The notes under the pieces were generated by a model that did no database searches, was not told where the DNA came from, and worked only from the letters and a program-made list of their open reading frames with translations. From IMG/VR virus record IMGVR_UViG_3300031853_000002, positions 1-64,000 of that record: a stretch of 64,000 nt of DNA; one strand, written 5' to 3'. Within the stretch, counting starts at the first letter, position 1. Each line of letters opens with the position of its first letter. Source of the DNA: a virus. Its lineage: Duplodnaviria; Caudoviricetes. Shown here piece by piece: positions 47,001 to 60,900 of the stretch. The position numbers and the translations under genes are program-made.

Positions 47001-47450
47001 CGAACTTCTAATGCAATGTGTTTAACTATGGGAGTAAGTAATGATAATTATGGGTATATACAAGTTAAAGGAGGGGGTATAACTACTCCAGGAAATTTAG
47101 TAATTCTACCTGGAGGTGGTAGTGTACATATTGGTAATGCTTCTCCTGTTACTAGTTATATGCTAAATGTAGCTGGAAATTGTGCAGCAACTAACTTCTA
47201 CACCACTTCTGATGCACGAAAGAAACAAAATATTTCCATATTCTCAGAACATATCCGTAAATTCCAATTAAAAGATACAGGAAAATGGTATTATGGAGTT
47301 ATTGCTCAAGAAGTTCCAGAAATATTTAGAAATGGAGAAGAAGGTAATATGACAGTCAATTATAATTCTGTACTTAGCTATTATGTAGGTGTGCTAGAAA
47401 ATAAGATAAAGCAATTAGAATAGAAAATTAAATATTTAGAAAACAAGTAA
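44058..47450 (+). CDS. Tail fibre with C-terminal intramolecular chaperone (peptidase S74), recoded, 1130 aa
   Basis: YLPL.GGT, NADTLDGYHAS, GNVGIGTTSP repeats; TTSDARKKQNI...YGVIAQEV...VNY plus coiled coil. Confidence 0.85.
45809..46338 (+). repeat. ~39-bp exact direct repeat pair in the fibre gene
   Basis: GCAGGTAATGCAGATACCCTTGATGGTTATCATGCATCA near 45810 and 46299; degenerate third copy near 44775. Confidence 0.8.
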
Positions 47451-47453
47451 ATT

Positions 47454-48278
47454 ATGGCAACACCTATTGCAAGTAATCAATTAATAACTCCTAGAGATCT
47501 AGCATAGGAAGGAATATGGACTAATCCTGATGATGATTTTTTAGATATGCGAGATGTTTCTAATGTTAATACTGTAGCTTAGACTATAGCTACTAAGGCT
47601 TGGGGAAGTTCCTCCAACTATAATACTAGAATAATGACCAAGCAGCACATTATTGATACTGGAATAGTCGAATAGAGTAATATATCTGGATATTCTACAA
47701 ATCAATGTCCTCCATTTGAACCAATATATAACTCTACTAATTCACACTATGAAGACTTTCCAGCATTAAATTGGGGATCTGCATATTTAAATACTGGATA
47801 TCCTAATTATGGTTATGTAGACATTTATTTATATAGTCCTTATTATAGATTATGGTCTTGGAATACTTCTAGAGAGGATTTTAAGCTTAATTTAATATGT
47901 TGGAATGGGGCTAATCCAGCTACGGGAGTAAAAAATTGCTATATAGGAAATGGACTTGGAGATGATAATGAAACTCTAGGAGAATTTACAGATTCAAGAT
48001 ATCATTTTAAAGTACTAGATTGGGATGGCAATTGGGCTCATTTGGCTAATGTTCCATGGTATGACAATGCTACAATACCTACAAGTAGTTGCTATTTAAC
48101 ACTTGCTACTGTAGGTACTTATGGGATGTTTTTTGATAGAGCAAATGAATGTGTGTCCTATAGTACTCCAACATATAGTGCAGCGTTAACCGCTTTAGCT
48201 AATGGAACTTCTATATATATATTAGATTAGAAAAAATTAAGTTATAATGGACAAAGGGTATCTCTTTATATATCATGA
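47454..48278 (+). CDS. Hypothetical fibre-associated protein (recoded), 274 aa
   Basis: Open with TAG=Q. Confidence 0.68.
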
Positions 48279-48583
48279 ATTCTATTCTTACAAAATTTGT
48301 CAGTAATACTTATGACTAGATAGGTGAATATGGGTTCACTGGGACTTTATTAATAAATAGTAGTTTTAAAAATAATTCTATACAAGGGATTATATCTAAG
48401 AATGGAATAGACGCAGGACATATATCTATAGATATTAATTTTAACAATAATAGGATAACTAAAAAGGAACATGATATAGATTATAATTTGATTCCTAAAG
48501 AAATAATTAATTAGTTTATAGATAGATTCATTGCGGAAGTAAATAGATAGCATGCAGCTTATATTGCAGCTTTAAATTCTTAA
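48275..48583 (+). CDS. Hypothetical protein (recoded), 102 aa, loosely similar to 48656..48937
   Basis: ATGA overlap; similar length and pattern to the next gene. Confidence 0.6.
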
Positions 48584-48598
48584 AAATAGTTAATAGTC

Positions 48599-48629
48599 TT
48601 TGAAAATATTAGAATTTTAGATATCTTTA
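48599..48629 (+). promoter_or_regulatory. Internal Bacteroidota-type promoter
   Basis: TTTG-N19-TATCTTTA. Confidence 0.45.
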
Positions 48630-48655
48630 TTAAGAATTAATTAACAATAAATATT

Positions 48656-48937
48656 ATGACTTTTACAAGTAAATCAACGTCTTACAGTGTGAGTACTGAG
48701 TCTGAGTCATTCAAATTAGTAGGTAATATGTCTGCTAATGAAAATGCTTTAATTAGGGACTTTAATGGTACTATTCAAAATTTAGATGGAACATATCTTG
48801 CAAGCTTCTTTTATGGAGAGAACGAAACAGGAAAGTGTAATAAGAGTATTAACGATGCTCCTAAGGAACAATTTGCAGATATTGACAACTTTTTAGATGC
48901 AGCTATTGTAGAATTAAAATCTGAACTTCCAGAGTAA
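48656..48937 (+). CDS. Hypothetical protein, 93 aa
   Basis: ORF track. Confidence 0.75.
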   Translation: MTFTSKSTSYSVSTESESFKLVGNMSANENALIRDFNGTIQNLDGTYLASFFYGENETGKCNKSINDAPKEQFADIDNFLDAAIVELKSELPE

Positions 48938-48952
48938 TAATGTTAATGATTT

Positions 48953-49405
48953 ATGACAACAAATGAGGCTTTAATTAGACAAAATTTTATTAGTAAAATT
49001 CTTCTTAAAAAGGATGATAATGAACTCTCTAAATCTTTAAAGGTAAAGATAATGCAAATGAGAATTAAGCTGGCTAAAGTCAGAAAAGAGTTTGATGAAG
49101 ATGTACAAGAAGCAGTTAAAGGCTTCACTCCAGAGGGTTATTCTGAAATAGCTCAAAAGGCAGAGAAAACCGAGGAAGAGACCAAAAAACTAGAAGATTG
49201 GAACAAACAAATTCAAGAAGAATATAATGAGTTTGTTGTAAAGAGAGGTCAAGACGAAGTATTGGTAGATACAAAACTTACTGAGGATGAATATAATGAA
49301 ATCCTTGAAGTTAATGCTGCTAATGACGTTGAAATTAATGGTCAAAAAATTAATGCTGCTGACTTCTTAGAAATTCTTTATACATTATTTGTTGAAGAAG
49401 ACTAA
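48953..49405 (+). CDS. Acidic helical protein, possible tail assembly chaperone
   Basis: ORF track; function inferred from position only. Confidence 0.7.
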   Translation: MTTNEALIRQNFISKILLKKDDNELSKSLKVKIMQMRIKLAKVRKEFDEDVQEAVKGFTPEGYSEIAQKAEKTEEETKKLEDWNKQIQEEYNEFVVKRGQDEVLVDTKLTEDEYNEILEVNAANDVEINGQKINAADFLEILYTLFVEED

Positions 49406-49408
49406 TAT

Positions 49409-49440
49409 AAAGGCGGGCAGAAATGTCCGCCTTTCTTTAT
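49409..49440 (+). terminator. Intrinsic terminator
   Basis: AAAGGCGGGCA-GAAA-TGTCCGCCTTT-CTTT. Confidence 0.8.
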
Positions 49441-49443
49441 TAT

Positions 49444-52400
49444 ATGAATAAATTTATAGAAATTATTTCCGAGTTGAGACCTAAGAACGGTCAAAACTTT
49501 GCTATAGCGGATGTAAATAATTTACGTGGTGGTTATATACAAGCAACCACTATTGCTGAAAGAGATGCCTTTCTACTTACAAACAAACTAAAGTATGGAA
49601 TGCTTTGTTATGTTAAAGAAGTACCTAATGATACTCATATGTTTATATATAGAGGTAATCAATGGGAAATATGGGAAGGACAAGGAGGTTCTGGAGGAGG
49701 AGGTTTATCTCTAGTTGTTGTTGATGATCTAGAAGAATTAGAAACCAAAACTGCATTACAAATGAGAGGTCAAATAGTCTATATAAATAGTCTTGATGAC
49801 CTACGTTTTTGGAATGGATAGTATTGGGAATCATTTAGAAAAATTTACATATAGAATACTCCTCCGGATGATAAAGGTGGAATATGGATTGATACTTCTG
49901 AGGAGGGTTATCAATCTTCCTCAGATATTATTCAAGATATGCTGAGGGTAATTAATATCCTATAGCAAAAAGTTTAGAAACTAGAATATATGAGGACTGA
50001 GATTGATCCAGGTGATTTTACAAATAGTATGTATACATCATAGGATGAAAAACCTTCAGAGGAACCTCACTATGGTACTTCACTAGAAGAAGATAATGAA
50101 ACACAATAGAATAATTCTCAATTTGAATTATCTGAATCGCCTGAACCTGAATACTTAAATGATGAGTACTCTCCGAATACTAAATGTTTAAAGGTTAAGA
50201 GTGGTACTCAAACTTATATGAAAAACCATTCAGATGATTTTGCTGAGAGAGAATTACTATGGTGTTATGATACTCAAACTTTATGGATTAAAGACCCAAA
50301 AACTTTACAATTAATAAAAATTGGAGCTACTGGTGGTGGCTCTGATGAACCTATTATAGACGATACTATGGATGGAATAATTCAAGAAACAATTAGTAAT
50401 TATAAGAGAATCACTGGTATTGAGTTTGTTGACATGATGAATAGTAACAATCTTTATGTTCTTAGAGTAAAGAACGGTGATCTTACTTTAATAGATAAAT
50501 CACACAATGTACTTAAAACAGAATAGAAAGTACTTTCTTCTGGATTATATAGTCCGTTATATTATCCTTTAAGTGAACATTCTTCAGTTGAAAGTCCATT
50601 CGTGTATATAAATATGGTATATTGTGGAGGTGACTCTAATAAATATAGTTACAATCCTGTATCCCATAGTTTTATAGAATTGTGTAATATTTCTACTCAA
50701 GATCTTAATCTTAATGGCCTTTACTTACATTATTCTGAAGGTTCTGCAGGAGTGAATGGACGTCAATGGATAACTCTTCCACTTACTGGACATATTCCAG
50801 CTGGCAGTACTTTCTTAATAAGATGTGCTCCTTGTTCTGTATATGACTCTAATACTACTATTTTACGTATTGGAGAACCTGATATGGAATGGAAATATAC
50901 AGATACTAAAAATCCAGAAGTACTTGAACAAGCTGCAACAAACGAAACTCCTGCACATTCAGTATGGGATGAAAATAAACTTTTAAAAATAGGATATTCA
51001 TGTTCTATTTATTTAAGTGGAGGACTTGAAGATGTAGATCAAGAAGATTACTCAGCTTAGATGGCTACTCCATTTGATAATAAAGTTCTTACTACTACAT
51101 AGTTATTTAATGCAGGAAACGTAGCCAAATACTTTATAGATTTACTTGGAATAGGTGAGGGAATGGAAGCTTGTGGTAATCCATTTAATAATGTAAGAGA
51201 AGGACTTACACCTAATAATTGTCTTATTTTTAGATACTTTAATATGGATCCTGTTAAATAGGCACTAAAAGCACCTTCTGCATTAGACAACAGTGCTAAC
51301 TTGCAATGGACATATTTTAATTTAGCTAATATAGCTCCACAAGTAAATATACAAGACTACAAACCTTGTAATTCTAAAGAAGGCAAGAGCTTATTCTTTA
51401 ATAAGGCTAAACTTGTTGAAGGGCCTAATGCAGTTACTTGCTCATTTGGATGGAACGCACATACAACACGCTGTTTTAATTGGATTTCTAAAGGATACTA
51501 TGATGAATTTATAAAGATTTGGTTAGATGGAACAGAAGAGTCTGGAGCAATAGTATATGAGTCCTTTAAAGAAGGAGATAATCGTGATGGTAATGGTCGT
51601 AATTGGGACAATCCTATCTATAATAGAATTAGGAATGTGTCCACCTCTGGAGAGGATTATACTGTTCATAAGTTTATACATGATTTTCCTGAGCCTGTAG
51701 ATACTTAGGTATATAACTATAGGGTTGGTAGAGATGGTTATTGGTCTGATACACACCAATTTACTATGAGAAATCGTGATAAAGTAATTGAAAGAGGATT
51801 CCAATTTGTACAAACCACAGACTAGCAGGGATTCCATGATGAAGAATATGAAACTTGGGGAGTTACTGCTGACTTTATAAAGTAGGATGCTCAGTTAAAT
51901 CCAGAAAATGCCTATGAATGGCAAATGAATACAGGAGACCAAACACAAAATGGAAACAGACTTAATGAATGGCTTGCTTTTTATAGATGTGGTAAGAACT
52001 TCTATAGAAATATAGAACAAATGTTCACTATAGGAAATAATGACTTATGTTCTGCTGACCCTAAAGTTCTTGGTACAGGAGAAGATCTTAATAAAGTAAA
52101 TCCAGAAAACATTAACTTTTTCTTTACATTTGAATTTCCTTATGAATTACCAGAAGTAGATAGTAATAGTAAATATATTCCTTCTGTTTATTCATTTATA
52201 TATGGTGATACTTATTTCCTATGTATGAATTCAGAATTTACTCTTACTACACAACAAGATTTATATAATGTATCTAGTAGTTATAGTGCCGATGGAGATC
52301 CAACTGGGCCTACTGGTATTTATAGTATTATAAAACAATGGTGTGAAAATGATCTTACACATATAGATAACAAGATAAAATGGAGGGTAGCATTTACACA

Positions 52401-53322
52401 CGACAATCCATTTACATTACTTACTAAAGCATAGATTTATGGTACATCAAGTGGTGACACTGTAAAGTATAATTATCTTGGAGCTGATATGCAAACTGAA
52501 AACGTTTCATACAGTAGAGGAGGTTCACATCTTAATTCTGTAGGTAATTATTGGTTTAGTAAGTTTCTAGAAGATAATAACTTTAGACTATGTATTGGAG
52601 GACATAAACACACATATACATGTTCACGTCTTATGAGAGATAACCCAAATAACAGAATGAAGCCTTTTGTGTATGATCCAGAATATCATTTAGATAGTCA
52701 AGGATAGCCGGTATATCCAGCTTGGTATAGTAAAGTTGGTGATGCAAGAGATCATTTAATGCAATTTGGAGATTTACATGACGGACAAGGAAATGAACTT
52801 ACATATGTAAAATACGTAACATTACAAGCTACAGGATTTAAAACAACATCTAATAAGGAACTTCCTACAAGAAACATTCCTTGGTTGGAAGCTTATTATC
52901 CTGCTAATGGTGATGCTCCAACTAAAAATAGATTTAGTTCTGATAAAAAGAATGCAGGATAGAACTATCCACATTATATATTATGGAATATAGGTAGAGG
53001 AACCGAAGTGAAAGATCCAACAGGTTCTACAACAGAAAGACCTAGAATTCTTGGAAGAGTATTTAAGACTTAGCCTGTTACAAATAGAAAAAGTGGTTGG
53101 ACTTATTCTTACAATATTCCTTATACTTAGTTAGAAAAGATTCCTGGAAATGGATAGGATAATCCTTCTAATAATATAATTGTAGAATTAAGCTATGCTA
53201 CTGATTCTAGTTCTGAGCCAGAGCATGAAGATTCTTCCACAGAGAATAGTGTTTACTCAGTAGTAAATGCTGAATTAACAGGTAATAATGGTGATCAAGT
53301 AACTTTATTAAATAGTAATTAA
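49444..53322 (+). CDS. Lamin-tail domain plus purple-acid-phosphatase-type metallophosphoesterase (recoded), 1292 aa
   Basis: INMVYCGG..SFIELCN...LNLNGLYL..IPAGSTFLI; TTDQQG, NTGDQTQNG, IGNND, FTHD, GGHKHTY in one frame. Confidence 0.82.
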
Positions 53323-54938
53323 TGGCAGTAACTAAAATATTGGTGGACGGAGAGGAAGTACAAAGCCTCTCCACACCAGTTAGATATACGTTAAAAGGTA
53401 ACGGAAAACATAAAGTGCAATATGTAATGGACACTGATACAATTAAGGCTGAAGCCTTTAAAAATTGTGATATTGAGAAAATTACTATTCCACATACAAT
53501 AACAGAAATTAAGTAGGATGCCTTTAAAGATTCTGATATTACACAGGTGGTTCTACAAGGAACTTAGAAGAAAATACTAGCTGATGGGGTAATACCTCAA
53601 TAGGCTACACTTATAGCTAGTAAAGAAACAGTCGGATATTATAATAAATATAATGCTCAATCATAGGTAAGTAAAACAAATGATTTTGTATCAGATATTC
53701 CAGTAGGCTGTGTTCTTTATGAAAGAAGTAACGGTGAACTATATACTGCTGAATATGATAGTAATATAACTGATTTAGCCTTAGGAGTTTGTGTTATTCC
53801 TAAAGGATTATTTGATGAACATGCACATTTTATTTCTCTTGAAAATATTGTTTATGACAATACAGATGGACATGTAAAAAGTTGTGAAAATTACTATGAT
53901 GAATGGTGTATGTTTGCTCCAAGATTAACAGGAGGAGATGGATATCTTTGGCATCAAGATGATATTGAATGTTATTCACAAATTCCTTATTGTGGATTAC
54001 TTTATCATGTAGGAGAATATAATAATCCTATAGAATATAATACAATAGAAGAAATGCCAGACTTAGTCAGCACTAACAAGCCTTCTGGTAACATGAGCTA
54101 TACTGAAACTGTAGACTTTAAGTTTTCCTATGATATATTAAATGTTTATGATTGGAGTAGTAAAGGTACAACTCCATTTGTAGAATGTTGTCAGGATGGC
54201 AGTGCATCTACATATGTTCTTCCTGGAGGTATGAGTATGACTAATCCTTATTATAAAGGAAGTTATTATACACCTCAGACTGTATCAGTATAGGCTACAT
54301 CTGATCAATCAGACCATAAATATCGTTATGGTAGACATTATTACTCTCCATGTCCATATATGCAAGTAAGTGATAGTGATGATGTAACAGCTAATCCAAT
54401 TCTTCTTAAGGACTTGCCTCCTTCATCTTTAGTAGGAGATAGAGGAAATCCTTATAAGTTTTATGGATCTGCTAATGAATTCTTAATACCAAATATAATA
54501 AGCAAGTGTACAAAGCCAACAGTGAACACAAATGGGGATTATTATACTGTTTGGCAAATAGGAACTGCAGATGGAGGAACTCCTACATTCTTTCCTGCTC
54601 CATATTTATGTTATGAGTATGCTCCAGGAACTGGTGCAACTCAACATCAATGGGCATTAGGTACTCCTCTTGAATGGATATGTACATTTACAAAGATAGC
54701 TAAAATACAAAATATTCTAGGAAAGTTAAACTGTCCATTATTACCAAGTAAACCTGCAGACCTTGTACAATCTAGGAATTTTACTAGTTATACTGGATCT
54801 GGAGCTGGATGGTATTGGGGAGGATTAATGGTTAATGATGGAAATTGCTTCTTATTTGATGGAAATTCTCGTAGAGTTGAAAGTATGATAACAACTAATC
54901 AACCTAGATTATCAACAAGACCATTTATAGTAATATGA
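53322..54938 (+). CDS. BspA-type LRR N-terminus plus lectin-like C-terminus (recoded), 538 aa
   Basis: EAFKNCDIEKITIPHTITEIKQDAF; ends WYWGG...STRPFIVI. Confidence 0.7.
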
Positions 54939-57900
54939 GTAAAATAAAACATTGGGATGAACGAACTCAATAGTGGGTTATTGACGGTGCATCCAATGCT
55001 GCTAATATTGAGCTTACCAATCCTGGTTTCTTAGACTAGGATGGTAACTCAATATCAGTAGACTAGGGATTCACTAAATTATAGAATAGATTATTTCAAA
55101 CAGAAAAGAATGTAGCCTGGATCTACCAAAATGGAGCCAAAGGTGGCAGTGGTGGAGGAGGCGGTGGAGGTATTGACTCAGTATCTTACTCTATAGAAAT
55201 AGAAGAAGGTAATAGAGTTTATACATCCTCAAGTTCTGTGACTATACATATTACAATTACAGGAGGAAGTGTAAAGAAAAACTTCAATGTAATAGTTAAT
55301 GATGAAAATGGAAATACTAAAGGAAGTTATGTTATAACTAGTTTAACTCGTTCAGAAATAACAATTAATAATCTTACTAACTCTACTAATAGACTTACTA
55401 TAAGTGCTAATTCTGGACAAAACTATGCTACTCCAACAACTATTACTATTATAGCAGGAGCTATTAAACTTACATAGACTAGTGTTCCTAATAGCACAAT
55501 TTACCCATAGAATCCAGTTGGAAACACAGTACTTACTGCTTAGAATAGTACTGATAGTAATCTTAATATAACTGTTTTATGTAATGGTCAATAGATAGAT
55601 AATTTTGATATACAACAAGCTAAAGAAACTCAATTTAGAGTAGATTCAATAACAACCTTTTTAGAGGAAGCAAAAAATACATCCATAGGAGAAACATTTA
55701 CATTTGAAATATATGCTATAGGTGTTCTTAATGACAATATATTACGTTCTGAAAGTGTAATATTTAGTTGTGCAATTACACAACCCCTTGTATTATATAT
55801 ATTTACTTATGGAGTTGATAAAACAGTTCCAACTAATAATATAGAATTGGATAATCTTAATAAATTTGTATACGGAAATAGTATCCAATTTAATTATCAA
55901 CTTACATACTCTCAAATAGCTTTTTCTTATTATAATGTATATTATACAGTAACTCCTTGTTATTTTGAAGAAGGACAAATAATAGGTGATACATCTAGAG
56001 AAATATCAGGAGTTATAAATAAAGTTATTAAGGGTATCAATCAGTAGTTTTTATTTAATACTTCTTCTCTTCCTGATAATACTATATATAATCCAGATAA
56101 TAATCAATATAGATTTGTAAGAGTAACTTTACATGCTATATCTGTAGATTCTAATAAGCTTGAAGATACTGAAGTATTATACTTTACATTATAGGAAGCA
56201 ACTACTAAATATATAACAGCTACTAATCTTAATAATAGTTTATTTGCTTATTTCTCTCCAGTTATGGGAGTTCCTACTGGTAACATTACTACTTGGTAGT
56301 ATGATAATAAAAATACTAGATTTCCATATAGTAGTCAAGGAGTTATACAAGATCGCTATATTACTCTTCAAGGTCATAACTTGTCTGGTTTTATGTAGCA
56401 AACAGATATGCAGGGAATTCATTTACCTGGTAAATCTTATGTAGACTTAGAATTAGCTTTATTTAGTGAAAATGCCAATGAAGTGAATCTACTTGATGGT
56501 AATGGCTGGACTTTGTCTTTTACATTTAGAACTGACTCAAATGTGGATGGTTCAGATGTTGTGGTTAGTATGGGTAAATACAATGGAACTACTCTTACAG
56601 CTGGAATAGAAATAAGAGCTAATAGAGTTATATATGCTGTACAAACATCACAATATGGCTTAAACCTTACGAAAGGAGATGTTACTACTGTTGATATAGT
56701 TGGACAAAGATATGTAGGACCTGGAGATACAGAAAGGGCTCCTAATCATTGGTTTATTAAAACTTATGTAAATGGAGTACTTTCTCTTATTACATCACAT
56801 ACTCAATCTTAGATGTTTAACACTGATAATAGTGGTACATATGGATGGTATTTCAGTGATTATATACATCTAGGTGGACGTGTGATAAATGGAGAAGTAA
56901 CAGATGCTTGTTCTGTACATGTCTATGATTTTAAAGGCTATTCTACAGCTCTCTCTGATAATGAAATAATTCAAAATTATATATCATCTACTATATATAG
57001 TCAACTAGGTCCTAATGATAATCCAGATATGTCTTTATAGAATGAATTATTACAGAATAATTTCATTTAGATAGGAACTGATGGAAATTATCATAGTATT
57101 CTTTTTGATGAGAATGATGAAACAGAATATAAAGATGCTAATTCTTTATTAAATAGTCTTATAGGAGCATTAGCTGAATCACGTATACCTTATCCTATTG
57201 TTGTGGTAAATCAAATTAATGGAGATTCTAGATTCTTAGGAATTACAGAAGCTAAGTTTAATGAAGATCTTAAAAAAGATGTTATGGCTTTAAGATTTGC
57301 TATAAATATAGATTACTATACAATGGGTAATGCTACTCCAATTCGTATTGCTAATAATCTCGGTAATGGAATGAGTATTGGTATACAGGGTACTTCTTCT
57401 CTTAGATATAATAGCAAAAACTACGAAATTTATATGGGACAAGACGACGAGGGTAAAGATGTACTTGTTCAAATGAGAGAAGATTGGCTTCCTGAAAATA
57501 GATATACTCTTAAAGCTGATGTGATGGATTCTTCTCATGTTAATAATATTCTTATTGGTAGTATTGTTAATGGACTTGTAACTACTGAAGATGCTCAAGG
57601 GCAAACAGTAAAAGTAGTTCCAATGGATAATACTCCTCCAATGTCTAAGAGTGGATATTAGTATGCAAATAAAGTAAAACATACATCTGAGGGATATCCT
57701 TGTATCTTATTTATAAAATTTAAAGCTACTGGTAGTGATATAAGTACTTGTCATTGTATGGGTATTTATAACTTTAACTTAGGACGTTATGCTTACTATA
57801 ATCTAGGTCTTAAATTATTAAGTAGTATTACATATATTGATGAAACTGAAACTTATCCAAGAACTGTAGCTTCTTATACAGAGGAAACAGAAATAGAACC

Positions 57901-60900
57901 AGGCTCTCCTGTATATTCTATGGAAGTATAGGAAAACAGTGCAATAGCTATGTTTGACTAGGATGATCCTGATATTCTTGGAGAAGGTGTATTTGATTTT
58001 CCTTATGATTCGGATGGACAGGGTATGACTAATCTTGGAAAATTACTTAATTTTTTAGCTTCATTTGGATACAATATCGAAACAGATAAAAAGAAATATA
58101 TACAGAATGATTGGAGAACTCCAAAACTTAAAAAGATAAAAGGAACTTGGTAGGAGTCTGGAGAATATTATCCATCTTGTGACCCAAGAATCTATGTTAA
58201 GTCTACTCTAGATTCATATATGAACTGGAATAATATGGTAAGTTATTATATGATTACTATCATATTTGGACTTGTAGACTCAATGGCTAAAAACTTAACA
58301 TTACGTTCTTGGACTAGATCAAGTAATGGAGATAATATATGGTACATGTGTTTCTATGATATGGATACTGCTTTACGTGTTAATAATGTTGGTGCTGAAA
58401 CAGTTCCATATAATGCGCATTTACATAGATATTATACTAACATAGATTCTATAGCAGAAGCGCGTGTAACAAACCATTGTCCTTCTATTTCAGGAGTATT
58501 TAATTAGGAGTACTCTGGATATAACACAAGACTTCAAGAAATTGTAGAAAATTGTGTTCTTGATAGTACAGATGCTAAAACTTTACAGTCTGTTTATAGA
58601 GAATTACGTACTAGCCTATTTCCTGACCCAGAAGCTTTTATAGAAAGGTACTATGTAGGACAAATAAATAAAGTAGGAGCTGCACTTTATAATTACGATT
58701 ATTATCTTAAATATTTATAGGTAGAAAAGACTTATAATCCTGCTACAGGTAAATATGGTGATAATACATATAATTATAGTGAAATATCTTACTTACATGG
58801 TAATGGTAGCGCTAGTGTAAAAGACTGGTTTGTAAAGAGAATAAGATTTTTGGATGGAGTCTATGGTCTAGGTAGTGGAGGTTCTAATGGAATTAATGGA
58901 ATTACAAATACTCCACTTGCTAGTAGATGGATGGATAATAATGCAACTTATATAACTAATGTAAGTCCTACTAGCATATCACTACAGCTTACAGCTGAAA
59001 GTTAGATGCGTACAACTATATCTACTTCTGGTGAGGCCAACTCTTTCTGGATTGACGAAACTCCTAGAAATTATAGAGTTAATAATGTAGGTTCTAAATA
59101 GGTTGTTACTATATATTCTAACTTATTTCTTACAAATCTTGGAAACTTTAACCAATTTACTTGGGATACTATAGGTTCTCTTAATTTTCCTCTTATTAAA
59201 GAGCTTAGTCTTAGAGATTAGACTAATATTAAAAGTGACAACTTCCTAGTTAATACTAATAATCTAGAATCTCTTGTAAAATTAGATTTACATGGACTAA
59301 CTCTTTTAGACTCCAATTCAACTGTAGTTTATAAACCTTTAAATATAGCTTAGAGTCTTCCGAATCTTGAAGAACTTGATGTATCAAACTCTTCATTTAA
59401 TGAAGTTCCTTTATCAAGTAGTTCTGTTCTTAGAAAATTGAACTTGTCTAATACAAGAATTAAAGATCTTAATTATTCTGATTAGGCTATGCTTGAAGAA
59501 TTAGATATTACTGGATGTAATGAATTAGAAACAATTACTTTGAATAACTGTCCAAAACTTAAATCTTTAACAGTTCCTCAAAGTGTTAAAAGCATATTTA
59601 TAGGTAACTGTCCTGGAATGGAATCTATATATGCTGAATATCAAGGTTCTTAGCTTAGGATAAGTAGTCTTGTTTCGGTTATTATATCCGCTTGTCCTGG
59701 ACTTAAGTATATAAATCTTAATAACTAGAATAATCAAGAGTTGGAAATTAATCTTGTAGGTGCTACAGGTCTTGAAAATTTATAGTTATCCAGGATAATT
59801 ACTACGAATATTACATTACCAGCTAAGGCTAATTGGAATAGTCTTACTAATTTGAATCTTAATAATAGTAGTATAGGTAGTTTTACTTATGACAACACAG
59901 CTAATGTAAAATATTTAGATCTTAAACATTTTGAAAATCTACAATATATTAACTTATCAGAAAATAAAAATGTTATAGGTGTAAGATGTCCTAATATATA
60001 GAATCATCCTGTTAATTTAGTTGGAGGGGCGTTAGCTGAATGTGCTAATCTTCAATATTTATATGGAAATTTTGTTATTACAGGAACTAGAGTATTTATG
60101 AATTGTAGTAATCTTACTATTAATACAAGTCGTATATATAGTGAGTATTCAGTACTCAATTATCCTGTCCCTTTTGTTGATGATGAATAGGCTTGTAATA
60201 TACAGTTTTCTTCAACTTTAAATAGCACAGAAGAAATGTTTAGTAACTGTTACGCATTATCTGGAAGTGATTTTAAAATGATTATGCTAAGCTTAACAGA
60301 TAATATTACCTCTCTAAATAAAATGTTTCTTAATTGTTCATCTGTTGATGCTGAAATTAACTATGACCTATTTAGACATTGTCCTAACGTAACTAATATA
60401 ACTTCTTTTGCTGAAAATACCTTGCTAAGAGGCGGAATTTATTCTAGAACTTCAGAATATAATGAAAATGATTCTACTACATGGGGAACATTTGATTTCT
60501 TACCTGAATTAGAGCAAGCCTCAAATGCTTTCAGTGGTTCAGCAATACAATATATAGATGATAATGTATTTGCTCCTTTGAATGGTTCATATATTAATCT
60601 TAGAGAAGCTGACTATATGTTTTCTAATTGCTTTGACTTGGAAAGTTGTTAGGTTGTAGATAAAAATAATATAGTAACTAATGGTTATTTACATTCTAAA
60701 ACCTTCTTTACAAATCTTAGAAATTTAGGAGCATTTCCTAAAGGCATGTTTTCGGGATGTAATAAGGTTAAAATGTTAATAGATTCTACACAAATAGGAG
60801 ATGTTACTTTCGATTATTTATATCACTGGCCTTATTAGATAAATATTAGAACAATAGATTCTTCAATTTATTAGGGAATTAATCTCGAAGGTACTATACA

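Noticed and set aside
54800-54938. Second DGR variable region at the end of the BspA-LRR gene
   Set aside because: Lectin-like ending, but no GC or adenine anomaly and no similarity to the 42920 VR
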